The notes under the pieces: model-generated
Seen by the model: only the letters and a program-made list of their open reading frames with translations
Databases searched by the model: none
Told to the model about the DNA's origin: nothing
Assembly (NCBI GenBank): GCA_041689615.1
Contig: JBDNFW010000039.1
Location: 32,465-96,464 of the forward strand
Direction of reading: 5' to 3'
DNA length: 64,000 nucleotides
Origin: Gammaproteobacteria bacterium
GTDB taxonomy: Bacteria; Pseudomonadota; Gammaproteobacteria; Eutrophobiales; Eutrophobiaceae
Shown here: piece by piece, positions 34,850 to 44,828 of the stretch
How the letters are laid out: the number at the start of each line of letters is the position of its first letter
How positions within the stretch are numbered: position 1 is the stretch's first letter
Position numbers and translations under genes: made by a program

Positions 34850-34955
34850 TTGTGGCTCACCTAATTATTTTTAATCAATAATATCTATATGCTAAATGAA
34901 CCGTCGGTATATTTGCATATGCTTATAGATTAACTCTGTCACTAAAATTATTTTA

Positions 34956-36035
34956 TTACAAAATTATTTCTTGCAACTCTATTTTATTCAAACCCCAATC
35001 GTCATCATTATGAATAATCGGTGCTTTTGATTTATACATTTTCGATACCCAGTCATCAAGTTCTTTAATAGACATAACCGGAACTTTATTCTTTTCAAGA
35101 CGTTTGTATAAACTTCTATCTTTTTCTGATTTTGGCGACCAACCACTATCATGTTCAATATGATAAATAGGAGCTTCAATCATTATTTCTTTAATACCTG
35201 CAAAAAAAGCAATATAACAAACCAAAGAATCTAGATGCAGGGAAAACAATTCCAACTCAGGAGCACCTTTTATATCAAACCAATCATCTCTCGACATTAA
35301 ATGAAAATCACCACAAGCATTAGTATGCAGTTTCATCCATTGTCTATGTTTTTTTGTTAACTTATAAAAATACATAACAATGCGACTATCGCGATATTTT
35401 TCTAGCAACTCAATCCCGGGAATATATTTGCGTCTCTTTCCGACAAAAGGAATCGTAGGAAATGGTGGGATAAAGGGTAATGCATTTGAGTTCTCACAAT
35501 CAATTATTCCCCTTTTTTCATTAATTCGAATCGTATGATCCTTACAAACATTAAGTAGATCGTTAAACTTGTTATATTTGAAGATATCTCTTGAGACATC
35601 ATGCCTGTCCACACGATAGTAATTACCTTTTTCCAATTTTGTCGAAGACAAGTATTCCATTAATTCATTTGAAAAAATGATGTCGACATTTGTTGACAAT
35701 ATAAATTCGCCTTTAGCACGAACAATTCCAACGTTTTTTGCAATCATCTGAAATAGAGGAAGACCGTCAGAATATTTATATTGATTATGCAATTCTGAAG
35801 GCACATGGATTATTCTGACATTACAAAATGAATTTTTTTTATCCCAATTTAACACGTCTACTAAACGCGGTTCATTTTCAGGAGGATTCCATTCAACCAG
35901 AATCAATTCCGTTGATAATTTATATTTTTCACACTGAATAAAAAGGCCATCAATGAATATTTGCATCCGCTTAATTAAATCACCGCCATGATTATCATTA
36001 CGAGATGTTGCTATTATAGATATTCTTGGATTCAT
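34956..36035 (-). CDS. Hypothetical protein, possible GT-A-like glycosyltransferase
   Basis: 359 aa. N-terminal ISIIATSRNDNHGG resembles the GT2 start. Possible DxD in TNVDIIF. No TM. Confidence 0.3.
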   Translation of the reverse strand: MNPRISIIATSRNDNHGGDLIKRMQIFIDGLFIQCEKYKLSTELILVEWNPPENEPRLVDVLNWDKKNSFCNVRIIHVPSELHNQYKYSDGLPLFQMIAKNVGIVRAKGEFILSTNVDIIFSNELMEYLSSTKLEKGNYYRVDRHDVSRDIFKYNKFNDLLNVCKDHTIRINEKRGIIDCENSNALPFIPPFPTIPFVGKRRKYIPGIELLEKYRDSRIVMYFYKLTKKHRQWMKLHTNACGDFHLMSRDDWFDIKGAPELELFSLHLDSLVCYIAFFAGIKEIMIEAPIYHIEHDSGWSPKSEKDRSLYKRLEKNKVPVMSIKELDDWVSKMYKSKAPIIHNDDDWGLNKIELQEIIL

Positions 36036-36137
36036 AAATATTATATTGCTAATATATAAGATAATTTTTTATACTGCATCGAGACTTGTAAACTCCCATG
36101 TCTTCTAAGCGACATTAAAATGCAATCTGTATCGAAC

Positions 36138-36917
36138 TCATGATAGTTTACAAGTTATTAAAGTATGCCAACCTAATTCCCTGCATAAAGCACCAAACAT
36201 TTTTTCAGACATAACTTCAAACCAAGGTTCAAGCTGATACTCATAATTTATATATTTCCCTACTATAAATGGAAATATATGATCCTGATGCATGTCAATA
36301 ATCTCAAAATCCGCTAATAATTCACGCAACTCATCCTGAGAATACGTATATGCAACAGGACATCCAGATTGTGCTTCTGGTTGGTCAAAGCCACTTTCTA
36401 TCATAATATTCTTCCATGAGTTTTTCGCATACATCATTAACCGAAATTCAGATTCATTACCCATATACTGCTTAACACTCTCTATCACTTCTCCTGGGTT
36501 TGGCGTGTGATGTATAACGCCAAAAGAATATACTAAATCATAATTTTCTATTGGAACGATTGATAATAAATCTTCTGCATTTCCTTGATAAAATTTTCCA
36601 TCTAAGTTAAAAACATCAAATCTTTTTTTAGTAAGCTCTAGACTTTTATCTGAGAGCTCAATAGCTGAATATTTTGCCCCTGCCCTTGCAAAATTTATTG
36701 CATCAGTACCCAACCCACATCCTATCTCAAGCACTTTCTTGCCTTTCCACTTTTCAAAATCGGCAAAGTGAGGAATGTGAGGCTCAACAAAATATTTTCT
36801 TTCTTCAACCTCATCGAAATATTTTTTTGTTCCTATCTCTGATAGTGAATGTCTTATATTACAAGGTCGCTTATTCCAGTAATCACGGACATTATTAATA
36901 TTATCGTTACCATTCAT
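36138..36917 (-). CDS. Class I SAM-dependent methyltransferase
   Basis: 259 aa. KKVLEIGCGLGTDAINFARAGA. Confidence 0.78.
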   Translation of the reverse strand: MNGNDNINNVRDYWNKRPCNIRHSLSEIGTKKYFDEVEERKYFVEPHIPHFADFEKWKGKKVLEIGCGLGTDAINFARAGAKYSAIELSDKSLELTKKRFDVFNLDGKFYQGNAEDLLSIVPIENYDLVYSFGVIHHTPNPGEVIESVKQYMGNESEFRLMMYAKNSWKNIMIESGFDQPEAQSGCPVAYTYSQDELRELLADFEIIDMHQDHIFPFIVGKYINYEYQLEPWFEVMSEKMFGALCRELGWHTLITCKLS

Positions 36918-36973
36918 ATCTTATTTTCACCTATCAATTTTCAAAATAAAAAATATTTTAATACTAACTTACA

Positions 36974-37852
36974 TTACTTTTTTGATGCTATTAACCAATC
37001 TGAACACATCCATTTCGGCAACCATGCTGCTATTTTCCCATTCAAACTTAACAAGGCATCACTTTCTCTCATAAGTATGTTTATAATATTTCCTGCTAAA
37101 AATGTACGGCTTTTAAACTCTATAATTTTATAACCACTACTTCTTAATAACTGTTTTATATTGCGAGATGTAAACTTATTACAGTGAATTGTTTCTTCAT
37201 CTAATGAAGAACATGATGCATTACAATATTCTGGGGAACGTTCAATTTTATGACGCTTTAACAAACTCTTTGAACCATATCGTTCTACTACTGCTTGCTG
37301 ACATAGATCAATGTAACTAACAAATTTCGGATAACGCTCATAAAAAATACTTTCAAATTCGAAATAACCATATCCATTAGGTACCGTTATTAACAAAAGT
37401 CCACCATCCACTAATACATCTTTCATTTCCTTTAATAATTCATCAGGTTTTTCCAAATGTTCCAAGACCTCCGAACAAATTACAATATGGAATTGTTCAG
37501 TATCAGTCAAAGTAGCTAACGATTGACAATAGAAGGATACATTAGAATAATTTTTCGTCATGCTAATTGCTTTATTAATGGATGCTTCGTTTACATCAAC
37601 ACCCTTAACATTGTACCCAATATCTGCAAGCGGAATAGTCACAGCAACACCAGTGCCACAACCAACATCTAGAATTTTAATGTCTTCAACACTAAAACCT
37701 AGACTACTTCTAATAGCTTCGATATGTTTTAAAAAAAATCGGAGGCGTTTAATAATGCCAAAGGCATCTTCTCTAAAACTATAACCGGAAAAATCAATCG
37801 TAGATGGAAATACATCAACACACTCTTGATTCAAGATTGGTGATGTATTCAT
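36974..37852 (-). CDS. Class I SAM-dependent methyltransferase
   Basis: 292 aa. KILDVGCGTGVAV. Confidence 0.78.
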   Translation of the reverse strand: MNTSPILNQECVDVFPSTIDFSGYSFREDAFGIIKRLRFFLKHIEAIRSSLGFSVEDIKILDVGCGTGVAVTIPLADIGYNVKGVDVNEASINKAISMTKNYSNVSFYCQSLATLTDTEQFHIVICSEVLEHLEKPDELLKEMKDVLVDGGLLLITVPNGYGYFEFESIFYERYPKFVSYIDLCQQAVVERYGSKSLLKRHKIERSPEYCNASCSSLDEETIHCNKFTSRNIKQLLRSSGYKIIEFKSRTFLAGNIINILMRESDALLSLNGKIAAWLPKWMCSDWLIASKK

Positions 37853-38577
37853 TCGGTCCTTATAAGATCAAACCAGTTAAAATCATTATTGTGAAAATTA
37901 AAACTGAGAATCACATTAAAATTAGCGGGACTAAGTCTTTCTTGTAGTTTATGGAGATCATACCATTCCATCCAAGGTGCTCCTCCATCTGTTTTCGCTC
38001 CCCATTTATCTAATGGCATTTCACCTTCCTGCACCCAGCGTTCTCTTGGATAAGCTAATTCAATCCATCGACCTCCGACCGGCAAATGCTCTAATAATAA
38101 CTGTGCTTCCTCACCTGCAATATCAAAAGGAAGATTAATCATAGAACCTTGACACCAAATTACATCAAAATTGCTTGGTAATTTTTTTAACGACTCAAAT
38201 TCTTCTAAGTAAAGAAATTCAACATTTGTTAGCCCTAGTAAGCAACAAATTCTTTTCAGAAGTTCAAGGTTCGATTGTACGATATCTACAAATGTCACAT
38301 TCGCTCCATTTTGGGCAAATGTAATTCCATCTATGCCAAAACCACTACCCACATCCATAATCTTCTTATTCTTAAAGACCTCCATATACAGACTGTGATA
38401 CCAGCCTCTAACTTCAAAATATTTTCCTGTGGTAGCATCTATCTTTGTTTTATTCCACAATTCTATCAATTCTTTATCCGAAATATTTTTCAATTCAGAT
38501 GTAGTAATTCGGCTATGTCCCGCAGGCACTTCACACCATTTATCTCGCAACTTTTCCAATGGTTTATTCCAGTTCAA
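37849..38577 (-). CDS. Class I SAM-dependent methyltransferase
   Basis: 242 aa. KIMDVGSGFGIDGITFAQNGANVTFVDI. 4-bp overlap with the next methyltransferase gene. Confidence 0.78.
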   Translation of the reverse strand: MNWNKPLEKLRDKWCEVPAGHSRITTSELKNISDKELIELWNKTKIDATTGKYFEVRGWYHSLYMEVFKNKKIMDVGSGFGIDGITFAQNGANVTFVDIVQSNLELLKRICCLLGLTNVEFLYLEEFESLKKLPSNFDVIWCQGSMINLPFDIAGEEAQLLLEHLPVGGRWIELAYPRERWVQEGEMPLDKWGAKTDGGAPWMEWYDLHKLQERLSPANFNVILSFNFHNNDFNWFDLIRTE

Positions 38578-38642
38578 TTAATATTCTCCACATTCAATTT
38601 TAAGTAAATACTGAAATCATCATCCATATATATATATCAGAA

Positions 38643-39758
38643 CTAGGTTAGTCTATACATGTCTAAAAACTGCGTGCTATTTCCATAAAAAAACGGAATG
38701 CTCTTAATGTATTTTTTTAAGAAACTGTCATGTTTTGTTAACTTGTTCGGAAACGTTATAAATTTTTTTTTATAATGAATCTTATTTGACTTAATATCAA
38801 CGATCCTTAATTCATTTTTATCCGCAATTGAAAATGCATATATGTCACCATCAATTTGTATAGAATCATGTAGCCATTTTGATTCTATACTGAACATATT
38901 TTTGACATTTCTATTTTTATCTATAACCAGTAATTTCCCTTCCGTACTATCAGTAAAGTATATTAAATCTTTGTCACTGACTCTTGCTCCATGGCATCCA
39001 ACATGTCCTGATATAAGCTCAACATATTTTCCAGTATCCAGATTAAAACACCCTACAGCTCCAGGTATTAATGCTGATACCACTATATTATTTTTCTTTT
39101 TATCCGGATACGCAGAATTAATATGAGCTATCTGCAAATCATTTTTTATATAATGATTTCGAAGATCCATTTCTTCAGTAATCTCATAATTCTCTCCATA
39201 TATCTCTTTAGGCATTCTAATATTTTTCTTTACTTCACCCGAATCCAAATCAAGAATCATAATAGCATCAGAAGCCGAAGCCGAAATAACGGCAAGTTTT
39301 TCTGTTACCATAGAAACCGTATGTAAGCCGGCAAAATGCGGATGGCTATATGTCTTATAAAGATAACAATCTGTTTTATTTAAATTATTATATTTTGTTA
39401 TAGATTTATGAAGTTTCCATAATTCAATTGATGCTACATAAACTACTATTATAGTTTTTTCATCTACTAATACAGCATGTTGTATTTTTCTATTTGAACA
39501 TACAGAACCGAGCATTTTAAAAAAATAATTATTATTTAAATCTTTTAATGCCAAATAAAAACTAATACCACCTGTATACAAGATGGATTCTTTTATTGGC
39601 AACAACTGTTCAAATGGAATTAAATTTTGCAACCGATCAGGGGACGCATATCTTTGTTCCAATGATTTTCTAGCACACTCGGAAAAATCCGTTTTTCTAC
39701 TTGAATGGGTTAAAGAAATAACACCAAATTTTATTTTTTCAGACACAGATTTAATCAT
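38643..39758 (-). CDS. Hypothetical protein, probable beta-propeller (SGL/NHL-like)
   Basis: Repeated blade-like segments, e.g. GHVGCHGARVSDKDLIYFTDSTEGKLLVID. Start moved to the second Met (MIKSVSEK), giving an 8-bp overlap with the wzt stop instead of the 68 bp in the ORF track. Confidence 0.4.
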   Translation of the reverse strand: MIKSVSEKIKFGVISLTHSSRKTDFSECARKSLEQRYASPDRLQNLIPFEQLLPIKESILYTGGISFYLALKDLNNNYFFKMLGSVCSNRKIQHAVLVDEKTIIVVYVASIELWKLHKSITKYNNLNKTDCYLYKTYSHPHFAGLHTVSMVTEKLAVISASASDAIMILDLDSGEVKKNIRMPKEIYGENYEITEEMDLRNHYIKNDLQIAHINSAYPDKKKNNIVVSALIPGAVGCFNLDTGKYVELISGHVGCHGARVSDKDLIYFTDSTEGKLLVIDKNRNVKNMFSIESKWLHDSIQIDGDIYAFSIADKNELRIVDIKSNKIHYKKKFITFPNKLTKHDSFLKKYIKSIPFFYGNSTQFLDMYRLT

Positions 39759-41028
39759 GTGTTTTTGAGCTATTATTAAGCTTCCATTTTTGCTGCATAG
39801 AATAATATCCACCACCAAATTTTTTGGAACCTTGAATTATAAAATTTTTTATACTGAAATTACTGATTGATGCGGCAATCGAAGAAAAATTATTCGGTAA
39901 AACAAAAAGAACGACAGAATAGTTACCAGGAACTAACCATAATCCATTAATATATATACTCAATTGATATTTCTCATTAGCGTTAATAGATATTTTATCT
40001 ATCATGTTTTCGCTGTTATTGCCTGATATGACCATTTTTTCCTTATGAAACTGTAAACATACAATAATATTATCTAACTTCTGAGAAGAATTAATTGAAC
40101 AAGTTAAATTGACCCCAATATTAGGCTCAAAATATTCAACCTCCTCATTATTTTCATTAGTAAATTTAAATTCACTAATTGTAATAATCGGGTCTTTAAT
40201 ATTTACATCAAACTCTGGCGAAACTTCTGAAGCACTCATTGTTGATAATGCATCTTTTTGAAATTGTTTTATTACTTGTGTTGTTTCACCTATACTGCTG
40301 ATAATGCCATCTTTCAAATAAATACATCGGCTAGCAAGTGTTTCTACAACACGTAAATTATGTGACACAACTAATACTGTACGACCATGGCTTGATGCTT
40401 CACTAATTTTTTTTATACATTTTTTTTGAAACCCAATATCTCCAACGGCAAGCACTTCATCTATTAATAATATTTCTGTTTCCAGTTGCGCCGCTACCGC
40501 AAAAGCTAAACGCATATACATCCCACTCGAATAATGCTTCACTGGTGTATCGATAAATTTTTCTATTTCAGAAAAACTAACTATTTCATCAAATTTTGAA
40601 TTAATTTCTGTGCGTTTCATACCTAGAATCACACCGTTTAAGAAAATATTCTCACGACCTGTTAATTCAGGATGAAAGCCGGCTCCAACTTCCAAAAGAG
40701 AACCAACACGACCTAGAATTTTTGCACTACCTGAAGTTGGCTCAGTAATACTTGTAAGAATTTTTAATAAAGTACTTTTCCCTGCTCCATTCCTGCCGAT
40801 AATCCCAATTACTTCACCTTTTTTTATATCAAACGATACATCTTTTAATGCCCAGATTGTTTCACCTAGCTCTACAGCTGAATGACCACCCAGGTATGAT
40901 TTCAATCTTCGAAACGGAGAGGTGACTTTTTCTTCTATAGACTCGCGCAAAGTATTATATCTGGCCTGCTTTCGGCCTATCCTGTAGGACTTACTTAAGT
41001 CCTCTACGTGAATTGCAATTTCGTTCAT
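39751..41028 (-). CDS. wzt: ABC transporter ATP-binding protein Wzt/KpsT/TagH type with ~170-aa C-terminal extension (putative glycan-terminus binding module)
   Basis: Walker A GRNGAGKST, signature YSSGMYMRLAFA, Walker B LLIDEVLAVGD. Residues after ~250 are non-NBD and beta-rich. Confidence 0.85.
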   Translation of the reverse strand: MNEIAIHVEDLSKSYRIGRKQARYNTLRESIEEKVTSPFRRLKSYLGGHSAVELGETIWALKDVSFDIKKGEVIGIIGRNGAGKSTLLKILTSITEPTSGSAKILGRVGSLLEVGAGFHPELTGRENIFLNGVILGMKRTEINSKFDEIVSFSEIEKFIDTPVKHYSSGMYMRLAFAVAAQLETEILLIDEVLAVGDIGFQKKCIKKISEASSHGRTVLVVSHNLRVVETLASRCIYLKDGIISSIGETTQVIKQFQKDALSTMSASEVSPEFDVNIKDPIITISEFKFTNENNEEVEYFEPNIGVNLTCSINSSQKLDNIIVCLQFHKEKMVISGNNSENMIDKISINANEKYQLSIYINGLWLVPGNYSVVLFVLPNNFSSIAASISNFSIKNFIIQGSKKFGGGYYSMQQKWKLNNSSKTHD

Positions 41029-41039
41029 GCTAGGTATTT

Positions 41040-42404
41040 TTAACTATCTTGCCATAAGGCCGAAAGTTTTCTGCCATTTTCGTCATCATCGATACTTCGA
41101 CCAGCTGGATAATATTTAATATTAGCTTTATTACCCAGCTCTTCATCCAGTATTCTCCAGAAGTCAAATACGATTACTTCTTTGTTATTAAAAGACGCTG
41201 CCGTTATCTTTTTAAATTCTGGATCTGCAGTTGTAATAAGAAATACTTTTGCTTGTTCCAGACACTCTTCAAGGCTATCCAAAACAACGATACGATTCTT
41301 AAATTCACTATTTATAGCTTCTGAAGCTAATGGGTCGAATGCAACAACTCTTGTTCCAGATTTGACTAGTGATTCAGCAAGATATGTCCCTTGTGATTCT
41401 TCAATAACATGTGAAAAAGGTTTATAGGCCATCCCCAACACTGCAACTGTGTCTGATTGAGATATTATACTTTTAATCTGAGATACAATTTTTGGAACGA
41501 TAGCTTTGTTTGCTTTATCCGTTGTTTCTGCTATTCCCGCATCTACACCAAGTTCTCTTGAAAAATACCCAAGAGCAACATTATCACGAGGAAAACATGG
41601 GCCGCCATAACCGAGAGCTCCGGTAAGGTACTTCTTCCCAATTCTAGAATCACTACCAATAGCATTAGTAACTATATCAACATCCCCTCCAGGAATTTTT
41701 TCACAGAGCTCGCGTAGCATATTTGCATACGTTATCTTTGTTGTTACAAATGTATTCAAGGCGACCTTTGTCAACTCAGCATTTTCTAGACTCATACGTC
41801 GACAAGGTGGTGCATTTGACATTATCTCTGAATACGACTTCTCCAGAATATCTCCAGATTTTTTATCAAATTCACCTACCAGAGTAAAATCTGGATTTAA
41901 AAAATCCCTGATTATGCTACCAAGTGCAATAAACTCTGGGCTGTAACATAGACCAAAATCAATTCCACACTTTTTACCCGACTCCTCTTCTAAAACAGAA
42001 AGAAGTCCATATCGTGTAGAACCAGGTAAAACTGTACTTGTAAGAACAACTAGATGATAGGTTTGCTTTTCTGCAAGCGCACGCCCTATTTCGCGAAAAG
42101 CCCATTTTGCATATTGCAACGAAAATGCACCTTTATCATCACTTGGTGTTGGAACAATCACAAATGAAACATTAGAATTTACTATTGCTTCTGTATGACT
42201 TAATGTCGCTTTTAATCTCGTTTTATTTGCCTTAATCGTTTTCTCAAGATCAGTCTCAGGCACAGGAGCTAAACCTTGATTAACCAAATCCACAGTGTGT
42301 TTACTAATATCCACACCAATAACATCGAACCCTTTACTTGCAATAGCAGCTGCCATACTGCATCCAAGCTTACCAAGACCTATAACTGAATATTCTATGC
42401 CCAT
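41040..42404 (-). CDS. Nucleotide-sugar 6-dehydrogenase (UDP-glucose/GDP-mannose dehydrogenase family; best resemblance to AlgD-type GDP-mannose dehydrogenase)
   Basis: 454 aa. GLGKLGCSMAA Rossmann motif. VIGVDISKHTVDLVNQG, LTSTVLPGST, SGKKCGIDFGLCYSPEF, GYGGPCFPRD catalytic Cys motif. Confidence 0.8.
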   Translation of the reverse strand: MGIEYSVIGLGKLGCSMAAAIASKGFDVIGVDISKHTVDLVNQGLAPVPETDLEKTIKANKTRLKATLSHTEAIVNSNVSFVIVPTPSDDKGAFSLQYAKWAFREIGRALAEKQTYHLVVLTSTVLPGSTRYGLLSVLEEESGKKCGIDFGLCYSPEFIALGSIIRDFLNPDFTLVGEFDKKSGDILEKSYSEIMSNAPPCRRMSLENAELTKVALNTFVTTKITYANMLRELCEKIPGGDVDIVTNAIGSDSRIGKKYLTGALGYGGPCFPRDNVALGYFSRELGVDAGIAETTDKANKAIVPKIVSQIKSIISQSDTVAVLGMAYKPFSHVIEESQGTYLAESLVKSGTRVVAFDPLASEAINSEFKNRIVVLDSLEECLEQAKVFLITTADPEFKKITAASFNNKEVIVFDFWRILDEELGNKANIKYYPAGRSIDDDENGRKLSALWQDS

Positions 42405-42455
42405 AATTTTCCCATCTTTCTTTTTGTTGACTTAATAATTCGAATTAAACATCTT

Positions 42456-43439
42456 TTACGAGCAGTGACTTTTATTCACTTTATCTTCAATCCATTCATA
42501 TGTTTTTTCCATTCCAATTTTAAGTGACTGTGTAGGCTTCCAATTTAATTTATCTTTTATTAAGTTATTATCAGAATTTCTACCCCTGACACCTAATGGG
42601 CCTTCAATGTGATTAATCGTCAATTTTTTACCTGCTATATCCATAGCCATTTCTGCCAATTGATTAATCGTAACCATTTCATCTGAACCAATATTTACCG
42701 GACCTGTCCAGTCAGAACGCGTTAATATATTTGTTCCTTCTATACATTCGTCTATATATAAAAATGATCGCGTTTGTTTTCCATCACCCCATATTTCAAT
42801 TTCACCATTATTTTTTGCTTCCACAACTTTTCTACATATCGCTGCAGGCGCCTTCTCCCGACCGCCACACCATGTTCCTTGCGGGCCAAAAATATTATGA
42901 TAACGAGCTATTCTTACTTCTATGCCGTGATTTCTCTGGTATGACAAATACAGTCGTTCACTAAATAATTTTTCCCACCCATATTCACTATCAGGCTCTG
43001 CCGGATAAGCACTCTCTTCGGAACATTTTGGATTATCTGGATCCAGCTGATTGTATTCTGGGTATATACAAGCAGATGAAGAGTAAAATATTCTTTTTAT
43101 ATTTCTTTTATGACAAGCATCGATTAGATTTAAATTAATGAGTGCTGAATTTTGCATAATATGTGCATCATTCTCCCCCGTAAATATAAAGCCGGCACCA
43201 CCCATGTCCGCAGCAAATTGATAAACCTCATCGAATCGACAATCGATAATGGAACGACAAATAGACTGTTCTCGTAAATCACCAATAACAAAATCATCTG
43301 CATGTGTCTCATCAAACTCTGGATATTTAAGATCAACACCACGCACCCAATACCCTTCTTTCTTTAATCGTTTAACCATATGGCTTCCTATGAAACCACC
43401 CGCTCCACATACCAATACTTTTTTCATGTTATCCTCCAA
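42456..43439 (-). CDS. SDR epimerase homologous to GDP-mannose 3,5-epimerase (GME)
   Basis: 327 aa, collinear with plant GME: ADMGGAGFI, SSSACIYPE, YPAEPDSEYGWEKL, GTWCGGREKAPAAICRK, IWGDGKQTRSF, PVNIGSDEMVTINQLAEMA, GPLGVRGRNSDNNLIKDKLNW. Confidence 0.8.
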   Translation of the reverse strand: MEDNMKKVLVCGAGGFIGSHMVKRLKKEGYWVRGVDLKYPEFDETHADDFVIGDLREQSICRSIIDCRFDEVYQFAADMGGAGFIFTGENDAHIMQNSALINLNLIDACHKRNIKRIFYSSSACIYPEYNQLDPDNPKCSEESAYPAEPDSEYGWEKLFSERLYLSYQRNHGIEVRIARYHNIFGPQGTWCGGREKAPAAICRKVVEAKNNGEIEIWGDGKQTRSFLYIDECIEGTNILTRSDWTGPVNIGSDEMVTINQLAEMAMDIAGKKLTINHIEGPLGVRGRNSDNNLIKDKLNWKPTQSLKIGMEKTYEWIEDKVNKSHCS

Positions 43440-43442
43440 ATA

Positions 43443-44279
43443 TTAAATAACATCTGCAATTTTTTTCTCTGTTCTACAGAAAAAGAGCAGGCCCGTTAAT
43501 AAAATAAATAACGAAACAAATGCCGATACTATCAACATAAGTCCAGGCGCATTTTCTTCTGTCCCAAATAACGACCACCTAACCCCTTCAATCACTCCAA
43601 CCATCGGATTAATTCCATAAACTGAACGCCATGGTTCGGGTAACATACTGCTGGGATACACTACTGGTGATGCAAATAACCATAGCTGAATTAAGAAAGG
43701 CACCACATGACGGACATCTCGAAAAAGCACATTCATTGTTGCAAACCATAATCCAACACCTAAAGATGTAACACATGCTAATAAAATAAAGAATGGGATC
43801 CATAATATATTCATGCTTGGCAACATCCCGAAGAAAGGCATCATTAATAAAAGAACGATAAACGCCAGTATAAAATCAACAAAACCAGATAAGACAGATG
43901 CAATTGGAATAATTATTCTTGGAAAATACACTTTCTTTATTAAATTTGAATTACTAACAAGACTTTCTGAGCATTGCGTTAAACCATTTGCAAAAAATAT
44001 CCATGGAACCAAGGCTGCAAAACTAAAAATTGTGTAAGGAATATTATCAGATGGAATTTTAGCGATATAACCAAAGAAGATAGTGAATATGATCATTGCT
44101 AGTACTGGCTGAATTATCGCCCATGATGCACCTATTATGGTTTGTTTATAACGAACTTTTATATCACGCCAAATAAAAAAATATAATAACTCACGATATT
44201 TCCATATTTCAACGAGTTTGTTAAACGAGCAACCTTTACTCGATTTAATGACAGTTATGTGACAAGGCGCTTCATTCAT
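43443..44279 (-). CDS. wzm: ABC-2 type transporter permease Wzm
   Basis: 278 aa, six TM. N-terminal IWKYRELLYFFIWRDIKVRYKQT typical of Wzm/KpsM. Confidence 0.85.
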   Translation of the reverse strand: MNEAPCHITVIKSSKGCSFNKLVEIWKYRELLYFFIWRDIKVRYKQTIIGASWAIIQPVLAMIIFTIFFGYIAKIPSDNIPYTIFSFAALVPWIFFANGLTQCSESLVSNSNLIKKVYFPRIIIPIASVLSGFVDFILAFIVLLLMMPFFGMLPSMNILWIPFFILLACVTSLGVGLWFATMNVLFRDVRHVVPFLIQLWLFASPVVYPSSMLPEPWRSVYGINPMVGVIEGVRWSLFGTEENAPGLMLIVSAFVSLFILLTGLLFFCRTEKKIADVI

Positions 44280-44826
44280 GATCAGGTGTAATTTCTTCCC
44301 ATAATATAAGCTGGGGTCTGCCTTTTAATTTAGGTATAAGTTCCTCATATTCTTCTTTCTTTAGAACTAATGTTCTAATTTTTCTACTAATATATTTTTC
44401 TGTTTTTTTAACTACATCATCTAGATTAGATTGATCAATATCTCCAACCAAAACTAAATCTATTAACCCAGTGTCTTTCCCTTGTGCATAGTCATCAATC
44501 AAAAAAGCTAAGTCTAAATTTCCTAATCTTTCAAGAATACTTTCAAGAATCTGATCCATGCCCAAAGCTTTTTTCACCATTGATTGAAGCTCAGGAAATA
44601 AAGGGTGCTCAGTATTAGCCCGATAATTAATCTGCCGACCTGATTTAGTACTTTTTAATAAACCGGCATCGCTTAATTGCTGTAGTTCTCCAGAAACTTG
44701 GCTAGGCGATATAGTAAATTCATTAGCTAATTCACGTAAATAAGCCTGCTGTTGCGGATTTAGAAATAAACGCATCAAGATACTGATGCGTGTTTTAGAA
44801 GAAATTAGTGAAGATAGTATCGACAT
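44272..44826 (-). CDS. Winged-helix (ArsR-like) transcriptional regulator with C-terminal nucleotidyltransferase-like domain
   Basis: 184 aa. TRISILMRLF...QAYLRELANEFTISPSQVSGELQQLSDAGLL HTH. C-terminal DDYAQGKDTGLIDLVLVGD. 8-bp overlap with wzm. Confidence 0.6.
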   Translation of the reverse strand: MSILSSLISSKTRISILMRLFLNPQQQAYLRELANEFTISPSQVSGELQQLSDAGLLKSTKSGRQINYRANTEHPLFPELQSMVKKALGMDQILESILERLGNLDLAFLIDDYAQGKDTGLIDLVLVGDIDQSNLDDVVKKTEKYISRKIRTLVLKKEEYEELIPKLKGRPQLILWEEITPDHE

Positions 44827-44828
44827 TT

